A stretch of 64,000 nucleotides of DNA from Octopus sinensis (taxonomy: Eukaryota). The position numbers and the translations under genes were made by a program. Where the stretch lies: contig NC_042998.1 in the NCBI RefSeq assembly GCF_006345805.1, positions 192,696,001 through 192,760,000 of the forward strand. Direction: 5' to 3'. The notes below the pieces were generated by a model. That model worked only from the letters and a program-made list of their open reading frames with translations, searched no databases and was not told where the DNA came from. Of this stretch, positions 12,699 to 24,650 are shown one piece after another. Position 1 is the first letter of the stretch; the number at the start of each line of letters is the position of its first letter.

Positions 12699-12872
12699 TT
12701 TTTCCTCTTAATCCTTTCTGTCAAAGAGTATGGGACTTGAAATATGAAAGACTTTTCCATCCTTCCCGAGCGTTAAAGTAATACACCTGCTTCTTGTTCC
12801 TTCACCTGTCTTCGTCTTTTGTTTTCTGTAAATTTGAGCTACACACACAAACATTTATATATATATATATAT

Positions 12873-13255
12873 AGCTTGCTAACCAACCACATGGTTCCGG
12901 GTTCAGTCCCACTGCGTGGCATCTTGGGCAAGTGTCTTCTGCTATAGCCCCGGGCTGACCAATGCCTTGTGAGTGGATTTGGTAGACGGAAACTGAAAGA
13001 AGCCTGTCGTATATATGTATATATATATATGTGTATGTCTGTGTGTCTGTGTGTATGTGTGTATGTCCCCCTAGCATTGCTTGACAACCGATGCTGGTGT
13101 GTTTACGTCCCCGTCACTTAGCGGTTCGGCAAAAGAGACTGATAGAATAAGTACTTGGCTTACAAAGAATAAGTCCCGGGGTCGATTTGCTCGACTAAAG
13201 GCGGTGCTCCAGCATGGCCGCAGTCAAATGACTGAAACAAGTAAAAGATTAAAAG
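12873..13255 (+). mobile_element. SINE-A, 5'-truncated
   Basis: Family match ending GACTGAAACAAGTAAAAGA. Confidence 0.9.
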
Positions 13256-13299
<44 letters not shown>

Positions 13300-13780
13300 T
13301 GCACAAACATACATATGCACAATGTAGTCAAAAGAACATCGTCGCAGTAGTAACCCATTGACAACGTCACACCTGTTTCGGGTTCTTAACATTGTGCAAA
13401 ATATACTAAATATTAACGCTTTGTTTTTTTCACCAATAGAAAAATTGACTTTAATAATAACAATTATAAGCTCTTTTATTATTGACAATGTTTATTATCA
13501 ATATTTCATTTGGATAGTTTTAATTTGTTCGCTTCTAATGCTGTGTGTTTTGTACTCATTAAAAATGAAAACTTCGATCTTATTAACCTAATATAATTTT
13601 GCCGCATATTATTGCATGTCTTTCAACTTTTTATCATTGCTATTCGTGTTATTTCAGAATTAGCAAGAATATTAATTTTTTGTTTGTCTGTTTGCTTGTC
13701 CGTAGTTGGTTTGCACTTGCAGGATATCAATTGTAATCTCAAGTGAAACGTCTAAGTGGCTGCTTTTGGTTAGACAGGGA

Positions 13781-14210
13781 GTATCTTTTCGTTTTGAACG
13801 GCAGTTTTTTTCTAGCGGTGTCGTATGAAATTGTCACCCATAATTATGACCCTAGTATCGATCTATTGCATTTCAATCTAATTTAGGGTTAGGGTTAGTT
13901 AGGGTTAGGGGTGGGAGGAAGAGTATCTTTTTTTCTTCACAAATGTAAATAAACCCAATCTGTTTTCTTAAACGAGGGACATATTCATACGGCACAGAAT
14001 GTTTTCACCTCAATAGACGGTCATTGATTAGTTGAAATTGCCGAAATGCAAGAAATCAAAGACCAAATATCTTACAAACTATAGAATTTTCTCAATAAAG
14101 CCAAGAGAAAAAGATGTTTTATAGACACATTCTACCAGTATACGAATTTTAAAATTTTTTCGTTACCTTGAAATTATGTTAAAAAACTGCCGTTCAAACC
14201 GAAAAGATCC
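13781..14210 (-). mobile_element. Merlin-like MITE, opposite orientation
   Basis: Same TIRs; perfect 8-bp TSD GACAGGGA at 13773-13780 and 14211-14218. Confidence 0.9.
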
Positions 14211-14719
14211 GACAGGGAATATGAAAATTAAAAATTTCAGTAGTTTATAGATGAAATCCTTTCTGTTGATCTAACTCTATAATTTTCTTTTTATTCTTCA
14301 CCACGTCATTGCAGTTTTGATTACTAAATAATTAGCCTAATTGAATGGGACCAAACACTGAAGATAATTTGATTTAAGAACCCAACTGAAAATTAATCAT
14401 TTATAATGAAAAGGTGTATTATTTCTATGTAGAAATCTCGAGAAATGCTTAGTATATGAAAATAAATCTGTTCTGCTTTTAAATAAACTAGTTGTATTTA
14501 TTTTTAAGTAAAGAATGGCATGTTACTATTTCAGGAAAATTTGATGACTATGTGAGTAGTTGGATAGCCTGCTTAGTTGTTATGTTTAGACTAGCTTAGA
14601 AAAATTTGAGCCGCCTTTCTCTATTAGAGCTTCTCAGTACCATTTTCTATACGCAAGACCAATTGAGTATTAAATAAAGCTGCGATTGTTCAGCTGCTGT
14701 TACTGCTGCTACTAAGAAT

Positions 14720-14927
14720 AATAATAATGGATTCAGATTTTGGCACAAGGCCAGTAACTTGGTGGGAGGGTATAAGTCGATTACATCGATCTCACTGCGC
14801 AACTGGTACTTATTTTATTGACCCCAAAAAGATAAAAGGCAAAGTCGATCTCGGCGGAATTTGAACTTAGAACGTAAAGATGGACGAAATGCTGCTAAGC
14901 ATTTTGTACAGCGTGCTAACGATTCTG
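14720..14927 (-). mobile_element. SINE-B variant b lacking its first ~13 nt
   Basis: Ends at GATTCTG, fused to the palindrome arm. Confidence 0.8.
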
Positions 14928-15450
14928 AGGGACCTATTGAGCGGGATGGGCTACTCGACCAGAAGAAAATTTTAACTGGGCCCCACCTGCAAGGTCATGT
15001 GCTTTTTATCTTGATATGAGATCACCATGTTGCGCACATATGGTTGTGATGCATGTGCCTGATGTACCCTTATCAGACGGGTAGTCATGATGGGTATATT
15101 GGGCTTCGTATATTTTACCCCCAGTGAGAGAGCAGTGCATGCCATCAAAGTGACACTGGGGGTAAAATATACGAAGCCCAATATACCCATCATGACTACC
15201 CGTCTGATAATGGTACACAAGGCACATGCATCACAACCATATGTGCGCAACATGGTGATCTCATATCAAAATAAACAGCGCATCACCTTGCAGGTGGGGC
15301 CCAGTTAGAATTTTCTTCAGGTTCAGTAGCCCATCCCGCTCAACAGGTCCCTCAGTAAAGGTTGTTTAAGGATGTTGAACGAAACACCCATGTTTCCAGA
15401 GGTGAATCATTCAAACCCCCAAAAATCCCTCTCGACACACGGCTATGAGG
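14925..15450. repeat. Tail-to-tail inverted duplication of R4-like UTR (arms 14925-15126 and 15154-15355)
   Basis: About 200-bp arms, roughly 12 mismatches; the minus copy continues to about 15450. Confidence 0.9.
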
Positions 15451-15484
15451 CTGCTGCTAATAATAATAATAATAATAATAATAA

Positions 15485-15802
15485 TCCTTTCTACTAGAGG
15501 CACAAGGTCTCAAATTTGTTGGGTGGGGACTAATCGATTACATCGATCCAAGTGTTTCACTGGTACTTAATCTATCAACTGGAAAAGGATGAAAAGCACA
15601 AGAAGGCCTTGACAATTTTGGAGGAAGAGGGCTAGTCGATTACATCGATCCCAGTGCGTAACTGGTACTTATTTCATCGACCCCGAAAGGATGAAAGGCA
15701 AAGTCGACCTCAGCAGAATTTGAACTCAGAATGTAAAAGACGGACGAAATTACGTTAAGCATTTTGTTCGGTGTGTTGTCGATTCTGCCAGCTCACCACC
15801 TT
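15485..15802 (-). mobile_element. SINE-B variant b, two partial units
   Basis: Two core/tail segments and one head. Confidence 0.75.
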
Positions 15803-16117
15803 ATTAATAATAATCTTAAGTTCAGAAGTCTAATCTTGTGAAAGATTTCATAATAATGTTATAGACCATATCAATTAAGATTTTTTTCCCCCTTCCATTT
15901 CGTTCCATATTCTACCATTCACTCTCATCCTTTTATCTCTCGAAGTTCTTGGTTATCACATTTTATCTAGAACCTCTTTCGATCTCTACTAAAGGTAAAT
16001 TACATGATGCCGTGGTAAAAATATAGTTTTTAATACACTACGCGAATAGAATGTGGTCATCGTAGATCAAACAACTGCATTATTTCTATGTTCAACATGG
16101 CTGTATTAACTTTATCA

Positions 16118-16488
16118 GTGGAGGCGCAATGGCCCAGTGCTTAGGGCAGCGGACTCGCGGTCATAGGATCGCGGTTTCGATTCCCAGACCGGGCGTTGTG
16201 AGTGTTTATTGAGCGAAAACACCTAAAAAAAAAGCTCCACGAGGCTCCGGCAGGGGATGGTGGTGATCCCTGCTGTATTCTTTCACCACAACTTTCTCTC
16301 ACTCTTACTTCCTGTTTCTGTTGTACCTGTATTTCAAGGGGCCGGCCTTGTCACTCTCTGTGTCACGCTGAATATCTCCGAGAACTACGTTAAGGGTTTA
16401 CTTACACGTTAATTTCACGAGCAGGCTGTTTCGTTGATTCGTATCAACCAGAACCCTCATCGTTGTAACCGACGGAGTGCTTCCATCC
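16118..16488 (+). mobile_element. SINE-C with tail type 2
   Basis: Head GTGGAGGCGCAATGGCCCAGTGCTTAGGGCAGCGGACTCGCGGTC..GGTTTCGATTCCC; 13-bp TSD ATTAACTTTATCA at 16105-16117 and 16489-16501. Confidence 0.9.
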
Positions 16489-17002
16489 ATTAACTTTATC
16501 AAGTGTTATTTGCTTTATAAAATGGAGAAATCGCATTCAACGTACATTTTACCGCATTCGTTAGCCATTATTGTGACAGGAATATTAAGTGAAATTAAGT
16601 AATAAACTTCGAAATGTAAACAATTATAAATCATTTGACATCTGTAAGAATACACCACCTACAAATTCTAAAGAAATATAATTACTTTTCCCGTTATATA
16701 TTCCCACCTTTATGTTTAACTTCCTTACCATTCTATATTATCTTTGATACTGCTTTGTTGTCTTTGAGGAAAAGTCTGCTGTTTTCACATAAGTTCTAAT
16801 TATAAGTCATTTCAGGTGTTGCTTATACTCGCCAGTACGCAAATTCTGGATACATTTCAATATCACATACAACTTATATGCTACGAATCTAAAATTGTGA
16901 AAATATATATTAAGCTGTTTTATCGCTATAATTCAACCCTGAATTCTATTGTTAAGTCAGATGTTTACGTGTTTAGTGTTTAAATACTTTTGATTTAGCT
17001 GT

Positions 17003-17457
17003 TTTGATGTCTGGCTCCAGTTCCAGTTCCAGTGGCTTCTCTTCTGCCTGTCCATCGAGGTTGTTCCCTGCATACAACTGTTCAGTGTACTCTTTCCATC
17101 TTTTCCTGATCCCTTCTTGGTCATGCAGTTCTTCACCATTTCTCCCTCGGTTGCAGAAGTTCTTAAGCAGATCAGGCCGAAAATGTCTCTAGAAGCTAGG
17201 ATCACCAAGTATAGATTGGCATATTTCGGTCATATTATGCGGAGAAAATCCCTGGAGAAGGACATCATGCTCAGAATGGTCAATGGCAAGAGAGGAAGAG
17301 GCCGACCAAGAACCTGCTGGCTTGACACCATCAAGAGTGATACCGGAATGGACATAGCCAATCTCAAAGAAGCGGCCCAGGATAGAACTGACTGGAGGAC
17401 ACTGATCCAACGAGTGACCGAGAGTCGACTTCGACTGAGCGGATAGAGAGAGAGAGT
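17003..17457 (+). mobile_element. RTE-clade LINE 3' end with inverted 5' segment
   Basis: Plus 17153-17446: EVLKQIRPKMSLEARITKYRLAYFGHIMRR..GKRGRGRPRTCWLD..AQDRTDWR; minus 17150-17003: RNGEELHDQEGIRKRWKEYTEQLY..ELEPDI; (GA)n tail. Confidence 0.85.
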
Positions 17458-17469
17458 TGCCCCGAGAAA

Positions 17470-17860
17470 TATCTTTTACTTGTTTCAGTCATAGGACCGC
17501 TGCAATGCTGGTGCTCCATCCTTATAGGGTTCACCCTAACAATTCGACTCCAGTACATAAGTTTTTTTATTTTTAAGTCTAGTACTTATTCTTTCGGTGT
17601 CAATTGCTGAACCACTAAGTTATGGGGATGTAAACGAACCAACAGCAGTTATCAAGTGGTGGAGGTGGGGGACAAACACAAAGACATGCAAACTCATGTA
17701 CGAGGACTTCCACACAGTTACATCTACCAAATTCTCTCACAAGGGGCCAATCGGTCCAAGACTATAGAAGACACCTGCCCAAGGTGCCACGTAGTAGGAC
17801 TGAACTTGAAACCACTTAACTACAAAGTGAGTTTCTTAACCGCACAGCCGCGCCTGTGCT
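17470..17860 (-). mobile_element. SINE-A, diverged
   Basis: TTTTACTTGTTTCAGTCA tail, GAAGACACCTGCCCAAGGTGCCAC core. Confidence 0.75.
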
Positions 17861-18081
17861 AAAGCTAAAAACAGAAAGAAAAAGAAAGGCAAAGAAAAAC
17901 CGCTTTGTCTTTCAGAGAAAATATCATCGATATCTGTCTTTTAAAGTTGTGTAACAATTCAAGATAACTTCTTTTTTTTTTCTTTTTTTTTTTTTACCAA
18001 CTCTCAGTTTTCATGAAATGGTTCTAGTAATTGGTTTGAGATGACAATAAATCGCCATTCTACAAGGTGCAAAACAGTTTA

Positions 18082-18405
18082 TCTCTCTCTATATATAAAC
18101 GGCAAAATGTCTGTGTGCCTGTCCTTTATACAAATCCACATTTTTTTTCAGTTAAAGGGCTTGCACTTTCTGTGGTCATTCAAAACCGTCCAAGGGCAGT
18201 CGTGCATATCTTTACATTTCCCCAGTCACGCTGCAAAGCCATTAAAAAAAATCAATAGAAGTGACTTTTTTTGTGAATTTTCTATCCAAAACCCAATCAA
18301 AATGCCCGAAACTTGATACTCCAATTGAATGCCAGCTAGCTGTATGTGATTGGTCGGAGATTTGGAAAGTACTCGCGTGTATGTGTTGCCGGGTCATAGT
18401 TCTAG
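18082..18405 (+). mobile_element. Non-autonomous Helitron family H1
   Basis: 5' TC after A, 3' CTAG before T, subterminal GCCGGGTC half-hairpin; matches 55156 and 55759 copies. Confidence 0.8.
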
Positions 18406-19051
18406 TATAGCGATATTTATACAGCTTTACCGAGTGTATTTAAATAATAAAGTTAACCAACATGATTACGAGATTATGAAGGTAGAAATGAATTCAATGA
18501 AGATGAGAGAAAACTATTGAATGCAGGCATTGTGGCGAGGTTTCTAGTTCAGTCCTACTAAATGGCATTTTGGGTAAGTGTCTGCTACTACAGCTCCGGG
18601 CCGGCCAAAGCTTTTCGGGCAGATTTGGTAGATGGAAACTGCATGAAGCCTGGCGAACTGGATCTTCTACAGTCAAGAGACCTGAATGAACCAACTTCAC
18701 AACAGGAAACGCATATGCAAATGTGGACAGCAACATCATCCCCGACTTCCTACGCAACCGCTGAGCCTGGATGCGCATTCATCCATCCGTCGATGCTCTC
18801 GGTGTCGGGGGTTGACCTGCTTTCTCTTCTGCGGGTCTTACGAATAGCAAAGGACTACGTTTCGGACTTCTCCCATCTTGCGAGCTCTGGGACGAAGACC
18901 GCTTCGCTCAACAGCAACAGCAACATCGAACTTTCTCATTCACCAAATGCCAGCTAATTAAAAGAAGATTAATGAAGATGTAGCTACATGAATGATTGTG
19001 CCTCAATATGACCCACAGCTCACGATTTGAACCGAGTAAAAGATTAAAATA

Positions 19052-19126
<75 letters not shown>

Positions 19127-19519
19127 GAGAGACAGACAGACAGGATGAGCGTTTGTCGCCTTGTCTCGATATTACGCGATAGTTATAAATGAACTACCCT
19201 ACCGTACAAGCAGTATCCCGTGATACGTCTAGCCATGACGAAATTATTAACTTGCTTGGAAACAGGTGAGGATTGGCGACTAGAAGGGCATCTGGCCGTA
19301 GAAAAATATCTGCCTCGACGAATTCCGTTTGATTCGTGCGGGCGTGGTATAATGAACTTTAAACTGATGAAAGCACAATTTTTCGAGGAACAGCTTTGCA
19401 AACTTTTCCTGTTGGCGATGCATTTGTCTTTTAAATAAAAGCAAAATTTGCCCAAGTTTTGTCAGAGACATAGAGCTAATAAATAATAACATATATCATA
19501 TGTCACTAGACACGTATGT

Positions 19520-19842
19520 GTGGAGGCGCATAGGATCGCGGTTTCGATTCCCAGACCGGGCGTTGTGTTTATTGAGCGAAAACACCTAAAGCAGGGGATG
19601 GTTGTGATCCCTACTGTACTCTTTCACCACAACTTTCTCTCACTCTTACTTCCTGTTTCTGTTGTATCTGTATTTCAAAGGGCCGGCCTTGTCACTCTCT
19701 GTGTCACGCTGAATCTCCCCGAGAATTACGTTAAGGGTACACGTGTCTGTGGAGTGCTTAGCCACTTACACGATAATTTCACGAGCAGGCTGTTCCGTTG
19801 ATTCGGATCAATCGGAACCCTCATCCGACGGAGTGCTTCCCC
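19520..19842 (+). mobile_element. SINE-C with tail type 2, deleted head
   Basis: 12-bp TSD AGACACGTATGT at 19508-19519 and 19843-19854. Confidence 0.9.
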
Positions 19843-19903
19843 AGACACGTATGTAATAAGCACGTAGCGTTGTGAGCGTAAAAAAGTGTTCAGATCTGAC
19901 TTA

Positions 19904-20415
19904 CCGTAAATCCTCGAGTATAATCTGCATTTTTTCCCCAAAATTTAAAGATCAAAATCCCTAGTGCGTACTATATACGAGGTTAAAAATGAAAATGTTT
20001 TTCTAAGCAATGTCCGAGTCTCTATTTGCTGTCCGGCAATGTTTAATCAGACGCATTTTGTGATGTCGGGCGCGAAAATACCTTAAGCTAAGCCTGAAAG
20101 CAATGAAATCATAAAAGAATCATTCATAACTTGCAGTAAGCAACATTTATTAAACGTTATTACTGATCTTTCTTTATTTTCTGCAAACAAAATACACAAA
20201 AAAGCTACACGTTTGCATTATGTTATATATACAATAATAATAAAGGGCGTTACTGTAAACATTTTTACAAACTAAGGACGTTATATAAACCTCCTTGACT
20301 CAAGTTAGAGAAGGGGTGCGTATTATACACAAGATTTAGGTTTTTCAGAGGTACAGCCCCCTAAAAATCCCTTGCGTATTATACTCAAGGGCGGACTATA
20401 CTCGAGGATTTACGG
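19904..20415. mobile_element. Tc1/mariner-superfamily MITE
   Basis: TIRs CCGTAAATCCTCGAGTATA / TATACTCGAGGATTTACGG with TA on both sides. Confidence 0.85.
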
Positions 20416-20524
20416 TAATTTCGTTGACACGCCAAAGTTTGGATACTTCTAATTCATATGAGCTGGCTTGTATTTTGTTGCTATTTTCATTTTTCCCATT
20501 TGTTGTCACGAGAAGACAAGCTCT

Positions 20525-20933
20525 GGATCTTTTCGGTTTGAATGGCAGTTTTTAACATAATTTCTAGGTAACTAAAAAATTTTAAACTTCGTATACTGGT
20601 AGAATGTGTTTATAAAACATCTTTTTCTCTTGGCTTTATTGAGAACATTCTATAGTTTGTAAGATATTTGTTGTCTTTCTTTTCTTCAGTTTCTGCAATT
20701 TCAACCAATCACTGACTTCTATTGAAGTAAAAAACATTCTGTGCCGTATGAATATGTCCCTCGTTTAAGAAACAGATTGGGTTTATTTACATTTGTGAAG
20801 AAAAAAAGATATCCCCCTAACCCTAACCCTAGAACAGATTGAAATGCAATAGATCGATACTAGGGTCATAATTATGGGTGACAATTTCATATGACACCGC
20901 TTGAAAAATCTGCCGTTCAAACCGGAAAGATCC
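20525..20933 (+). mobile_element. Merlin-like MITE
   Basis: Same TIRs; degenerate 8-bp TSD CAAGCTCT / CAAGTCCT. Confidence 0.85.
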
Positions 20934-21390
20934 CAAGTCCTTTCTTGACAAAAAAGGCTTTGCCTATTTTACCTCTTAAGCTTCCTGATCAGATAAGAAC
21001 ACAGTTCCCTCGTAGTATTGCTGATGTTTTCGAATAGATAATTCAGTTACTCTCTAGAATAAACTTAAAGAAGAATGACTGGGTTGCTACTTTGATTTCT
21101 GCTTTCACAGGAACTTCAAATAGAGCAAATTGATATTTCGTTAATCAATAAACAATCACAATCTTTAATACCTGAGAGATCTACGAAGAAAAAAAATGCT
21201 TTCTTTTTTACTTATTTATTGGAAATATAAACCGAAGAAAAAATCTTCTTTGATCTTCAGTTTGAATTTATAGAAGTAAATAAAGACGTACTTGCTCTAG
21301 CAACCTCGTGATATATATACATATATATATGTGTGTGTATGTGTGTGTATGTGTGTGTATATGTATATATATATATATATAATATATATA

Positions 21391-21438
<48 letters not shown>

Positions 21439-22356
21439 TTGTTTGCCAGCAGTAGTAGTTTATAAATTGTTTCTGAATAATTAAAATTTCCTACTTAAAA
21501 AAAAAAAACATCATTAGTATGCAAAACTTAATGAAATATTCAATCTTATTGCACTGACCAGTCTAGACAATTGCAAATTTCGACCTACTTTCTCTTTGCG
21601 GTCCCTGAATTTAATGACCTTAACTTCATGAATTACAAATGTTCCTCCAAAACAAATCACCTATAAAATTCACTTTCAATGCATTTACAGTATTTGGAAA
21701 TCCGTGTGATTGTTCACCGGTGACTTTAGAGTGTGTTTTTCTCCCTAACCCTTTTTTGTCGTTCTACACCTGTCATCTGTTCATACTGTACCAACTATCT
21801 ATCCTCCAAACCAGTGGATGCGTCTGAAAGGATTGGATCAAACACTTTCCTCTCTGGTCAATTTTTCATCAACTTCTTCAAGTATCACTTGAAAAGGAAA
21901 GTGAGAGTAGGGAGGCAAGTTTTGTCTAGCGAATATTTCAAAAAGAGATGGGTGAATGTAGCAAGGTTGGCATGTATGAATGACGAAGCCACCTTGAGCA
22001 TAATCCTATGAACCCGGAAAATTTTTAAACAGAGAGTTACTTGCAAATAAATGTATTAACATGTGACATTATTGACCGAGGTTACCGTGGTCTTTTCCGT
22101 AGGCTTTTCTTCCCACGGATAAACCTTATCTGCTTCCCCCTTTACACTTTACATCATGACACTGTGATACACGATCCCTATTGATCGTTTTTTTCTTTTC
22201 CCCCTTTTTTTTCTTCATTCCCTTTTACGATCCTTTTGATCGAAAACCTACCCCATCCTTTTTTTTCTCACCCCCAAAAAGAAAAAGCTCTACTTTGTAA
22301 TCTGTCCCGTCTGTGTGCAGCCCTGTGTGGCTAATAACGAAACATATCCTCTAAAC

Positions 22357-23080
22357 CAGTGGTTCTCAACCGGGGTCCATGTGGCTTCTGAGAGTCCATG
22401 TAACATTTTTTGGGGGGTCCATACAACAAAATAGTAAAGTGGGGATTCACAATTTTTTTTAATGACCCCTGAAAAAATGTTGCTTTAGATGTATGTATTT
22501 CAAGAACCAGCTAGGTTTCTTTCTCTAACATTTTACATAGTTAACATACGCAAATTAATGTGTGAACAACACAACAAAATATGAATTTTGGAAAAAGGAT
22601 CTGAAAAACTAGTTTTTAAACATCGAATAGCTATGGAGGTCCACCACAATAAAATAGTTATTAGAGGGGGGTCTCTCTTTTTTACTTGTATCAGTCATTT
22701 GACTGCAGCCATGCTGGAGCACCGCCGTTAGTCGAGCAAATCGACCCTAGGATTTATTCTTTGTAAGCCTAGTACTTATTCTATCGGTCTCTTTTTGCCG
22801 AACCGCTAAGTTACGGGGACGTAAACGCACCAGCATCGGTTGTCAAGCGATGTTGGGGGGACAAACACAGACATACAAACATATACACACACATACATAT
22901 ATGTATATATGACGAGCTTCTTTCAGTTTCCGTCTACCAAATCCACTCACAAGGCTTTAAGACACTTGCCCAAGATGCCACGCAGTAGGACTGAACCCGG
23001 AACCATGTGGTTGGTAAACAAGCTACTTACCACACAGCCATTCCTGGGTCCATAGAAAAAATAATGGTTGAGAACCCCTG
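22357..23080. mobile_element. hAT (Charlie-type) MITE with nested SINE-A
   Basis: TIRs CAGTGGTTCTCAACC / GGTTGAGAACCCCTG; 8-bp flanks CTCTAAAC / CTCTGGAC resemble NTCTAGAN. Confidence 0.8.
22675..23043 (-). mobile_element. SINE-A
   Basis: Family match with a short internal deletion. Confidence 0.9.
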
Positions 23081-23327
23081 CTCTGGACCTTAATTCTAAT
23101 CTGTTTAGATGTCTTTATTGTTGTCCAATAGTCATAGATAAAATCGATTTCTATCCCAACATCCTTTAAAATATTGTATTTGAAGCGTGTATTCCTCGAA
23201 TCAAACCATATTTGGTGGATAATCAAAACTGAATCTTGGATTTTAAATTACAGGAAAATTAGTTTTTCCTTTTCGTTTGCCATCGGAATAGTAATTTCTT
23301 TTGATAGGCATAATGCTCTATTTTTGT

Positions 23328-23510
23328 ATGACGGAAGGGCAGAGCCCTTCGGGAGGAATTATGCAAGGTGGAACAAGATTGCTTTCAGAGCCCCGGAAGG
23401 AAGAAATCCATAAAATTTTTAGAGGACTTTGACACAGGATCCTTCTTTGGTTCTCCGGATTCCAGACCAAGGTACCGGTTGCATTCTCCTCCTGCAAGTC
23501 CTGGGGAAAA
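23328..23510 (+). CDS. Candidate coding exon of an unidentified host gene
   Basis: Non-repetitive open frame RALREELCKVEQDCFQSPGRKKSIKFLEDFDTGSFFGSPDSRPRYRLHSPPASPGE; possible phase-2 donors after 23471 and 23510; ATG at 23328 is one base out of frame. Confidence 0.3.
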
Positions 23511-24601
23511 GTATAGTTACCTGAATGTATTGCAGTGTATTATACAGATGCTTTTTCGCTAAACTGAAACAAAAAGAGGGAAAAAATGTAATAAAATGTT
23601 ACAATTTTCACCACGAAAAAATATCTCTAGAAAGAATATCATTTCTTTTACATAAGCCAAAGTAATGAAAGAAATAAAATTCTAATTCGCGTGGAAGAAA
23701 AAAATATAGCTGAAATAAAACGGCACAAAATAATGAAAGCATTAAATCAATCATTATTTAAAGTTTATATATATATATATATCTTTTTTCTGGATTCTTT
23801 TTTATTTTCTTCTTTATCTGCCTAGAATCATGCAAGTCAAGTCGACCGTCACCGAAAGTATATCATTTATCAGATTTTTTTTTATCAAACTTCATAGTCT
23901 TAATTATCTGAATAATTATCTTTCGTAATTAGGAAGATAAAATTCGGAAATTTTATCGGATAGAAAGTGAGAATAAGCGATGGGTGAAGCCGTTTCTCTA
24001 AGGGCGTTAGCAGCAACAAAGAGTATTTCTTTACTTTAAAATTGACGCCAGAAACGGCTTCACAGGAATGTACTTTCTTTCATCTGTGTTATGTTCTTAT
24101 GCTATATAGCGACCAATGTTGTTTACTAGTTTCTTGTTAGCCTGAAGCTTCTTCTCATCGCTAGCGTGAGTGATAGATAGCAACACCATAACTAAGTCTC
24201 ACTTATATACACTCTTAAATGTTTTTACTTTCTTCCTGTAAAAAAACAGAACAACTCACCAATGGAACATCTTAGTTTCCCATCCAGCAGCCAGCACACC
24301 ACTTAGCAGTGCCATGTATATTTTATTAACCTTCCGATAACTATTTAGGCTTTTTCTTCTCTTCCTTTTTCAATTTATGCCTCTCTGTGTTATTAGCAAA
24401 ATACTAAGCCAAATAACTGCACAAAATTAACATTTCGCTTTAATTTACTTCAGCTTCGTAAGTTTCCTCCTTTCTTTCTTTCTTTCTTTCGTATTTTTAC
24501 TTTCTTCTTCTTCATCATTTTCTCCTCAACTTTATATCTTGTCGCAATTTTCTTGAAAAACCGAAACAAAACAAACTTTTTCTTCTCTCACTCTTACACT
24601 T

Positions 24602-24650
24602 TATAAAACTCTGCAGTCGCTCGCTCTCTCTCTCTCTCTACCTTCATTCA
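24602..24650 (+). promoter_or_regulatory. Possible core promoter (TATAAAA, (CT)n, TCATTC)
   Basis: TATA-like box about 560 bp before ATG 25167, followed by repeat-free pyrimidine-rich UTR-like sequence; motif match only. Confidence 0.2.

Larger units (their letters stand above)
11282..12840 (-). mobile_element. Penelope-like element 3' fragment with GIY-YIG endonuclease, split by SINE-C and a MITE
   Basis: SCRDKNLWPLNGAC..IIYEAT..KKYVSLTEGNFKTRFNNHTLSFRH..KLSSHIWS / LKDKG..WKILAKCKPYTNGSRKCGLC..LNSKTELFGSC; halves rejoin in frame once the SINE and one TSD are removed. Confidence 0.85.

Noticed and set aside
13883-13915. Interstitial telomere or chromosome fusion scar
   Set aside because: Only 2-4 units, and they are an internal part of a MITE present three times.
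12274-14210. Composite transposon formed by two inverted Merlin-like MITEs
   Set aside because: Each MITE has its own different TSD, so they are independent insertions.
16118-16195. tRNA-like sequences with A and B boxes
   Set aside because: They are SINE heads: no complete acceptor stem, and each continues into a repeat body, often with a TSD.
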